Below are positions 44,353-50,248 of a DNA stretch of 64,000 nucleotides, piece by piece. This stretch comes from Bacteroidota bacterium (GTDB lineage: Bacteria; Bacteroidota; Ignavibacteria; Kryptoniales; JAKASW01). Below the pieces are notes generated by a model that worked only from the letters and a program-made list of their open reading frames with translations, did not search any database and had not been told where the DNA came from. The stretch covers positions 30,169-94,168 of the forward strand of contig JAMCXB010000011.1 of NCBI GenBank assembly GCA_023480735.1. The letters are read 5' to 3'. Both the position numbers and the translations under genes were made by a program. Numbering within the stretch: position 1 is the stretch's first letter; every line of letters starts with the position of its first letter.

Positions 44353-44427
44353 CCTCAGCCCTGACCCCTCTTCAACCTCACCTAAATCCTCTCCTAAGCG
44401 GAGAGGACATGATGGCGGGAGAGGGGA
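44353..44427 (+). repeat. Prophage hairpin repeat R15 (extra partial head plus the long subfamily copy)
   Basis: cctcagccctgacccctcttcaa + cctcacctaaatcctctcc-taagc-ggagagg-acatgatggcgggagagggga. Confidence 0.7.
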
Positions 44428-44445
44428 ACGGGGCGGAGGTGGATT

Positions 44446-44898
44446 ATGTATAGTACCTACGCAGACATCGCCGTTAAGCGGATTTCGTTGGCTGACTTAC
44501 AGCAACTGCTCTGCGACGACCCGGCGAATCCATTCACCGATGTGCAGCTTCAAGCGGCTGTCGAAGCACTGATACCCGACGCTGATTCGATGATCGACAG
44601 TTACGCGACAAGATGGTACGTCGTCCCGATGGACCCGATTCCGGCGATAGTAAAAAAGTCCAGCGCAGACATGGTGTGTCACTCGATCTACCAGCGGCGC
44701 CCGTTTCTTTTCGAAGGCGCTGCAAAGACCTGGGCGGATGCCTACACCGCGGCAATGTCGTGGCTGAAGGACATTGCGGCGGGTAAGGCTATAATCGAGG
44801 GCGCGTCGCGGAAACTCCCGGCGACCACTCCGAATTCAGGAGGTGTCGTTATATCGACCGATCCGACGTTCACTAAAGACAGTTTGAAAGGGCTTTGA
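44446..44898 (+). CDS. Mu gp36-like head-tail connector protein (DUF1320)
   Basis: 'YADIAVKRISLADLQQLLCDD...AVEALIPDADSMIDSYATRWYVVPM' follows the DUF1320 pattern. Confidence 0.55.
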   Translation: MYSTYADIAVKRISLADLQQLLCDDPANPFTDVQLQAAVEALIPDADSMIDSYATRWYVVPMDPIPAIVKKSSADMVCHSIYQRRPFLFEGAAKTWADAYTAAMSWLKDIAAGKAIIEGASRKLPATTPNSGGVVISTDPTFTKDSLKGL

Positions 44899-44937
44899 GA
44901 ATGGCGCAAAACGCAAAGGGCATAGCGCGGGGGACCG

Positions 44938-45468
44938 ATGCCGGCTGATCCATTAATGGAGGTGAACGGCAGACTGGCGGCGATACTGCAAAATGCGGTG
45001 AATCTACGGCCGCTGTATGAGGAGATCGGGATGTTCTTAGTTGGCGTCGTTCGACAGAACTTCATCGCCCAGGGACGACCGGAGAGATGGGCGGCGTCAG
45101 TGCGCGCGAAGGTAACTGGCGGCCAGACGCTTAGGGACACTGGAGCTTTAATGAACTCTATTGTTTCTGAATCAACAGACAAAGGCGTCAATGTCGGGCC
45201 GAGCGGTCCGGCGGGAAAGTATGCAGCCGTGATGGGTGAAGGCGCAACGATTACGGCGAAGAACGCGCCCTACCTCACATTCCGCATGCCTATAGGGATG
45301 CGCAGAACGAACAAGACTGGTAAAGATCTGAAGAAACCGGCGGCAAGTTACGGCTGGTTTCGTGTCAAAAGTGTTACGATCCCCGCAAGGCCGTACCTCT
45401 ATATTCCACCGGCCGAGGAAGATAAGGTGGCACAGATTGCCGCAGACTTTTTGCGAGGCGAAAAGTGA
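44938..45468 (+). CDS. Phage virion morphogenesis protein (Mu G-like)
   Basis: 'LRPLYEEIGMFLVGVVRQNFIAQGRPERW...GQTLRDTGALMNSI...VGPSGPAGKYAAVM' follows the Mu G / tail-completion family pattern. Confidence 0.55.
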   Translation: MPADPLMEVNGRLAAILQNAVNLRPLYEEIGMFLVGVVRQNFIAQGRPERWAASVRAKVTGGQTLRDTGALMNSIVSESTDKGVNVGPSGPAGKYAAVMGEGATITAKNAPYLTFRMPIGMRRTNKTGKDLKKPAASYGWFRVKSVTIPARPYLYIPPAEEDKVAQIAADFLRGEK

Positions 45469-45896
45469 TCAACCTCTCGCTGCCCGAAGACGCGATCATA
45501 GGCGCAATTAAAACCGCGGCGCCGTACGCGCGAACCGTGGATACACACGCAGGTCAAATTGATGCATCCGTGTTCGCCGGTGCGGATGGGTTAATTACCC
45601 TCGCTCCGTTCGCGCTTATTGAGTTTAGCAGAATTGAACCTGTCGTGGTTGACAATGAGGGCGCGGTCATCAGGGCTAACCTGGAGTTTAACGTGTTCGT
45701 CGGGGACAGGAGCCTGCGCTCGGCGAAAGAGGCGAGTCGTGGAGCTTACGGTCTTATCAACGATATAGACGCCGCGCTTAACGGTAAAATGCTCGGCGGA
45801 TACAATGTTGGGCTTACGGGCTTAACGATAATTTTGCATCAACGTGGTATTGTTATCTATCAGGCGACATACAGTCTTTTTTCAGTTTTAATTTAA
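45465..45896 (+). CDS. Mu gp37-like protein (DUF1834-like)
   Basis: Called from its position after the G-like gene and from 'ANLEFNVFVGDRSLRSAKEASRGAYGLINDIDAALNG'. Confidence 0.4.
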   Translation: MINLSLPEDAIIGAIKTAAPYARTVDTHAGQIDASVFAGADGLITLAPFALIEFSRIEPVVVDNEGAVIRANLEFNVFVGDRSLRSAKEASRGAYGLINDIDAALNGKMLGGYNVGLTGLTIILHQRGIVIYQATYSLFSVLI

Positions 45897-45908
45897 CAGG
45901 AGAATAAT

Positions 45909-46385
45909 ATGGGACTCGACAAAACAAAAGTATACGCGGACATCTATGAGGTATTTATCGCGGCACGCGTATCACCAGACACGCAGGTGGCGCAGCCTAC
46001 GCAAGCGACTCTCGACGCGTACGGTGACGCGACGTGGAAACATGTCGGGATGATGGCGGAGAAAAGCCCCTCAGGCGGCTCGACGCCGAACACGAATGTC
46101 CTGCATGATGGTACAGCGAAACAACTGAATCAGGTGTGGAAGCTTCAGCTTGACGCCGTCCAGACCGACGCAGCTAACATCACCTTACTCGAATCATTTC
46201 TGGATACCTACAATGATGCGATTTTCCGAGTCCGCGGCAGCAGCCGGGCGTATCGGTTCGACCGATGTTCCGTGACGACTTCGTACAAACACGGCGATTC
46301 CAAGACCGCAAACGCGGTCACTGTGACGTTCGAGAAGATCTCGAAGAATATCTCCGACGGACGGACAGAAATAACACTCGTTTAA
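45909..46385 (+). CDS. Putative major tail (tube) protein
   Basis: 158 aa with a strong RBS (AGGAGA). It sits after the head-tail joining genes and before the chaperone and tape measure genes. It is a paralogue of the N-terminus of the DGR target. Confidence 0.45.
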   Translation: MGLDKTKVYADIYEVFIAARVSPDTQVAQPTQATLDAYGDATWKHVGMMAEKSPSGGSTPNTNVLHDGTAKQLNQVWKLQLDAVQTDAANITLLESFLDTYNDAIFRVRGSSRAYRFDRCSVTTSYKHGDSKTANAVTVTFEKISKNISDGRTEITLV

Positions 46386-46395
46386 GGAGGTTAAC

Positions 46396-46683
46396 ATGAC
46401 TGACACAGAGTATACGCTTCTCGGTAAGTTGACGGAAGCGGAGGCAGAGGCGTCGCAATTAGAAGGCAAACTCCGCAGCGACGCGGAGGAACTTAAAACG
46501 GCCATTGAATCCACCCAAGCGGCATTCTTCACGGATAATCCGAGTGGGATCGGAAACATGGCGGCAACCTTGGTATCAAATATCGCCGTCCTGCAAACAG
46601 CGAGGACGTCCGCGGCGACGTTGCGGGCGCAACTTTATCCGCCACCGGCCGACCCCACGGCGGCAACGACTGGAGTAGTGTGA
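46396..46683 (+). CDS. Hypothetical coiled-coil tail-module protein
   Basis: 95-aa ORF following AAGGAGG. Confidence 0.3.
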   Translation: MTDTEYTLLGKLTEAEAEASQLEGKLRSDAEELKTAIESTQAAFFTDNPSGIGNMAATLVSNIAVLQTARTSAATLRAQLYPPPADPTAATTGVV

Positions 46684-46684
46684 C

Positions 46685-48124
46685 ATGATTTCGCGACAAA
46701 AGGTTTTTTCGGGACGTATAAAAAAGGTAATTATCCACGACCCGAGTTCACCAGGCACGCAGATCGAACTTGGCGCACTTGCGGACACACAGACGATCAC
46801 GGCTGAGAGCGACGGAGTTTTGTTTCACGATGGCACCGCAAAGCAAGTGCAGGCGCGGGTGAACGCGCAACTCAAGCTACTGCAGACCTCAGCCGGTGAT
46901 GTTACAAACTACGAGACCCTACAAGGTAAAGGGTGCGACATACTTATCGCCGGGGAAGAGAAAAATCTTGCGTTTTATGACGTGGACTTCACCTTAAAGC
47001 ACGACGCAGGTAATTCGAAGGATGCCAGCGCGGTAACGTTATCGTTCAGCGTTGCCACAAGGAAGGTTTCTGACGCCGCAGGAATTGTCTCGACTCTCAT
47101 CGCCGACAAGGACGGCAATTTAAACGAGATGGTATTCATCCCTCAATTCAACTGGGATCCAACGAACGGGTTCGCCTCAACGATAATTCATCCCGCATTT
47201 GTGGTCGATGGCAAGAGAATCGCGGGCTTCTACGTCGGAAAATATCAAGCGTGCTTGGTCGATGCTCTTGGGGTCATCCAAAACCCGGTCACGGCGCGGA
47301 ACACCGATGCACTCATTACGGCTTCGGGGCTTCGCGCGTTCTCGCGAAGACTGGTCGAACCGCAGGTCAATATCGACTTCGATAGAGCGCGCCTAGCTTG
47401 CTCGCAAATGAATGGTGGAAACGTAAGCGGCTATCATTTAGTAACAAACGCCGAATGGGCGGCCGTGGCGTTGTGGTTCAAACAAAATATTACAACCCCA
47501 CCGCGCGGGAATAACAATAATAATTTCGGTGATTCGGATGATGGTACGGTTATCGGGACTGCGGCGCTAAACTCCGACGCCGGGAAGCGCTGGCTGACCG
47601 GCAGTGGTGGAAACGCGACGGCACACAACAGGCGAAGCTCTGGGATATTCGACCTGAACGGCAACGTCTGGGAATGGTGCGACGGGATAAAATTGGTGGA
47701 CGGTAAGATTCTCGTGGCGGGCAACAAAAATCTCGCGCCGACTGACGGCGGCAACGGCTTCGGAATAACCGAGGCCAACTATTACGATACGGGATGGTGG
47801 TACAACTGGGACGGCGTGTCCGCGGCACCTACACTGAGTAATGTTGGTGCTGGCACAGCTGGTGTAAAGGATTGTGCATTCGGCGACATGGCGGGCGGCG
47901 GAAGTGACCTGATTAAGAAGTTGACGCTCGGTCCACTCGCGGGAGGAGCGGCTGCTTACACGAACGACCATTTTTGGGTGAATAATTCTGGCGAGCGGAT
48001 TCCGATCCGCGGTGGCGCCTGGGGCGTTGGGTCCAGCGCCGGTTTGTTCGCGCTGTACCTGAGGGATCCGCGCTCCGGCGTGGACTACAGCATCGGTTTC
48101 CGTCCCGCTTTTATACGGACATAA
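46685..48124 (+). CDS. DGR target protein: tube-protein-like N-terminal domain plus C-terminal FGE-sulfatase / C-type-lectin-fold domain carrying the VR
   Basis: 'GYHLVTNAEWAAVALW', 'GNVWEWCDG' and the C-terminal '...RGGAWGVGSSAGLFALYLRDPRSGVDYSIGFRPA' have CLec/FGE-type architecture. The last ~37 codons are the VR. Confidence 0.85.
   Translation: MISRQKVFSGRIKKVIIHDPSSPGTQIELGALADTQTITAESDGVLFHDGTAKQVQARVNAQLKLLQTSAGDVTNYETLQGKGCDILIAGEEKNLAFYDVDFTLKHDAGNSKDASAVTLSFSVATRKVSDAAGIVSTLIADKDGNLNEMVFIPQFNWDPTNGFASTIIHPAFVVDGKRIAGFYVGKYQACLVDALGVIQNPVTARNTDALITASGLRAFSRRLVEPQVNIDFDRARLACSQMNGGNVSGYHLVTNAEWAAVALWFKQNITTPPRGNNNNNFGDSDDGTVIGTAALNSDAGKRWLTGSGGNATAHNRRSSGIFDLNGNVWEWCDGIKLVDGKILVAGNKNLAPTDGGNGFGITEANYYDTGWWYNWDGVSAAPTLSNVGAGTAGVKDCAFGDMAGGGSDLIKKLTLGPLAGGAAAYTNDHFWVNNSGERIPIRGGAWGVGSSAGLFALYLRDPRSGVDYSIGFRPAFIRT
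47999..48109 (+). repeat. DGR variable repeat (VR)
   Basis: It aligns without gaps to 48367-48477 over 111 nt. I count 15 mismatches, 14 of them opposite TR adenines. Confidence 0.9.
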
Positions 48125-48132
48125 AACACTCG

Positions 48133-48351
48133 ATGCTCACCTTACTGCAACTCATAGTCCGTGCGAACAAGAGTCGATCTAAGTCGCAGTTTTTCGACGC
48201 GATCGACGTTGAATTAGATACACTACGGATTCTTGTCCGCCTTTCAATGCAACTAAAATTCTTGTCATTCAAAAAATACGAAGTCTGGTCGCAATATCTT
48301 GTCGAAATCGGCAAGATGCACGGCGGCTGGATTAAAAGTGTAAAGGGATAG
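48133..48351 (+). CDS. avd: Avd-like accessory variability determinant, unusually short (72 aa)
   Basis: It occupies the position between VR and TR. The helical, basic protein ends 'YLVEIGKMHGGWIKSVKG' and resembles the C-terminal half of four-helix-bundle Avd proteins. Confidence 0.5.
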   Translation: MLTLLQLIVRANKSRSKSQFFDAIDVELDTLRILVRLSMQLKFLSFKKYEVWSQYLVEIGKMHGGWIKSVKG

Positions 48352-48366
48352 AGTCGTATGTGGCAG

Positions 48367-48477
48367 ATTCCGATCCGCGGTGGCAACTGGGACAATGGGT
48401 CCAACGCCGGTTTGTTCGCGCTGAACCTGAATAATCCGCGCTCCAACGTGAACAACAACATCGGTTTCCGTCCCGCT
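48367..48477 (+). repeat. DGR template repeat (TR)
   Basis: It is rich in AAC/AAT (aac tgg gac aat ggg tcc aac ... aac ctg aat aat ... aac gtg aac aac aac) and is the invariant counterpart of the VR. ORF 48358-48630 over it is not considered coding. Confidence 0.9.
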
Positions 48478-48622
48478 CTCGATTTTGCCAGATGCCGTCA
48501 ACTCATCGGGTTGGCGGCCAGTGCATTTACAAAAGGGATTCTATTCCTCTCCGAAAGGAGAAATAGTCCGACTTGGGCTGGCCTCTTACGGGTCCCGAAA
48601 GGGATTGGTCGGAGGCGATACT
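48478..48622 (+). ncRNA. DGR spacer RNA region between TR and RT (part of the TR-containing template/primer RNA)
   Basis: 145-nt segment between the TR and the RT start codon, with hairpins such as CTATTCCTCTCC-gaaa-GGAGAAATAG. This position corresponds to the Sp region of characterised DGR RNAs. Confidence 0.4.
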
Positions 48623-49600
48623 GTGTTTAAACAGATTTATAGCTTCGAAAATCTTTATGACGCATACAAGAAGGCTTCACGAAACAAACGTTATGAATTA
48701 GAAGCCTTAAGGTTTAGGCAGAACTTAGAGGAGAACTTAATCGTAATTCAGAATGAACTTATTTGGAAAAAGTGGACGCCGAGGGCGTTCACATCCTTCT
48801 TCGTCTGCGACCCCAAGAAGCGTCTTGTAATGGCTCCAGCTTTCCGGGACCGAGTGGCGCATCACGCGCTTTGTAATATAATCGAGCCTCTGTTCGAGAG
48901 GCGTTTTATATTCGACAGTTATGCTTGTCGTGTAGGTAAGGGAACGCATGCGGCTGTTCGCCGCGCCTCGCAAATGGCAATCCGCGATGGGTATGTTCTG
49001 AAGGCCGACATATCAAAATATTTTCCATCCGTGAGTAACGAGGTTTTAATGGGTGTGATCAGGCAGACAGTCAATAATTCGGACACGCTCTGGCTTATCG
49101 AGCGCATCTTGGCGATAACAGAAGGACTTCCTATTGGTGCACTTACGTCGCAATTATTCGCAAATGTGTATTTAGATCAACTCGATCACTATTTAAAGGA
49201 TGAATTAGGAGTGAAACGTTACGTAAGGTATATGGACGACTTTGTAATCTTTCACGAAGACAAAAATTATCTACGCGAATTGCTCGAGATCATCCGTGAC
49301 TTCTTGTTGACTAAGTTGAAATTATCGTTTAACCACAAGACCCAGATATTACCCTCCCGGCACGGGCTGGATTTTTGCGGTTACAGATTATTTGAAACAC
49401 ATATAAAGATGAGGAAGAGAAATGTGAGGCGGGCAAAAAATAGATTTAAGCAACTCAGTGCAGACTACGCCAACGGTGCAATTTCCTTGGCGCAAGTTAG
49501 GTCGTGCGCGATGTCTTTTCTCGGCTATGCCGGCCACACGAACGAAAAGCGGAGCGTAGAAAGCACACTTAATCGCTTGAACCTTGCAACCGGAGAATAA
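48623..49600 (+). CDS. DGR reverse transcriptase
   Basis: GTG at 48623 follows GGAGG. It has 'FRDRVAHHAL', 'LKADISKYFPSV', 'LPIGALTSQLFANVYL' (DGR-type SQ motif) and 'YVRYMDDFVIF' (YxDD box). Confidence 0.9.
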   Translation: MFKQIYSFENLYDAYKKASRNKRYELEALRFRQNLEENLIVIQNELIWKKWTPRAFTSFFVCDPKKRLVMAPAFRDRVAHHALCNIIEPLFERRFIFDSYACRVGKGTHAAVRRASQMAIRDGYVLKADISKYFPSVSNEVLMGVIRQTVNNSDTLWLIERILAITEGLPIGALTSQLFANVYLDQLDHYLKDELGVKRYVRYMDDFVIFHEDKNYLRELLEIIRDFLLTKLKLSFNHKTQILPSRHGLDFCGYRLFETHIKMRKRNVRRAKNRFKQLSADYANGAISLAQVRSCAMSFLGYAGHTNEKRSVESTLNRLNLATGE

Positions 49601-49601
49601 T

Positions 49602-50126
49602 GTGGAAGAAGACCAAAAAAAATACGCGATCGGACGTAGAAAGTATACCCTTGGAAAACTAACGTGGGCACAGTACAAGGCTATCCGCAAGATCGGAAAG
49701 TTGATACAATTACCGCTTGAAGCAACCGTCTCCGATAGTGAGCACGTGATTGCGGTGGCGCTCAATGTCATGGACGTGATCGTTCAAAAGGACGTCGTCG
49801 CGGAGCTGCTCGCTGCCATTTTGTCGCGGCAAGGAAGTGATTGGAAGCCACTGCCGAAGTGGTTAGCGAGACGGCGGTTTGCAAAAATCAAAGAGGATAC
49901 CCTCGCGGAGATTCTGAAGGATTTTTTTACGCAAAGTCCATCCGCGACGCTTACGTTGATGGCCTCTTCAAAGAACTTAGCGCCGCTGATGCAAAGTATG
50001 ATGACGACCTTGAGTCAGAGTTCAATCGCATCGGGCGTCCAAGACCCGATGAATTCTACCGCCCCGACATCGACGCAGACGAGCTCCTCGAAATCAGAAT
50101 CGCAGACGGCAAGCCAAGCGAAATAA
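49602..50126 (+). CDS. Tail assembly chaperone (lambda gpG analogue)
   Basis: It lies immediately upstream of the tape measure gene. GTG at 49602 follows GGAG. It contains the T7 slippery run leading into the overlapping -1 ORF. Confidence 0.5.
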   Translation: MEEDQKKYAIGRRKYTLGKLTWAQYKAIRKIGKLIQLPLEATVSDSEHVIAVALNVMDVIVQKDVVAELLAAILSRQGSDWKPLPKWLARRRFAKIKEDTLAEILKDFFTQSPSATLTLMASSKNLAPLMQSMMTTLSQSSIASGVQDPMNSTAPTSTQTSSSKSESQTASQAK

Positions 50127-50248
50127 GTAGACTACAAACTATGTACGTTCTTGACGTTTTTAAACTCGCATACATCCAGAGAGTCGATGCGTTGAACGCA
50201 AAAATAAATCTCGTCAACGACCTAAAGAACATTCCCGACCCGCAATGA
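49841..50248 (+). CDS. -1 frame extension of the tail assembly chaperone (gpT-like part of the GT fusion)
   Basis: The overlapping ORF is in the -1 frame relative to 49602-50126 and ends 4 nt into the tape measure gene. It has the canonical G/GT arrangement. Confidence 0.45.
   Translation: MEATAEVVSETAVCKNQRGYPRGDSEGFFYAKSIRDAYVDGLFKELSAADAKYDDDLESEFNRIGRPRPDEFYRPDIDADELLEIRIADGKPSEISRLQTMYVLDVFKLAYIQRVDALNAKINLVNDLKNIPDPQ
49922..49928 (+). other. Slippery heptamer T TTT TTT for the -1 frameshift (G to GT product)
   Basis: The zero frame reads gaT TTT TTT acg (..KDFFTQ..). The -1 frame reads ttt ttt tac gca aag (..FFYAKSIRDAY..) and stays open to 50248. Confidence 0.5.

Noticed and set aside
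27177-44427. Possibility that the hairpin repeats form a CRISPR array
   Set aside because: Spacing is irregular (tens of bp to several kb), the copies are imperfect, many lie inside or at the ends of ORFs, and no cas genes or leader are present.
48001-48132. Possible N-terminal extension of avd upstream of 48133 in the same frame, which is open through the VR
   Set aside because: The translation is Arg-rich nonsense (..RWRLGRWVQRRFVRAVPEG..) and contains no start codon. It would also be scrambled by VR mutagenesis.
48358-48630. 90-aa ORF whose N-terminus (IPIRGGNWDNGSNAGLFALNLNNPRSNVNNNIGFRPA) looks like a second copy of the DGR target C-terminus
   Set aside because: It is the DGR template repeat read in the VR frame. 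It is Asn-rich because of AAC/AAT codons, has no upstream domain, and runs into the spacer and RT leader. I treat it as non-coding template RNA, not a CDS.
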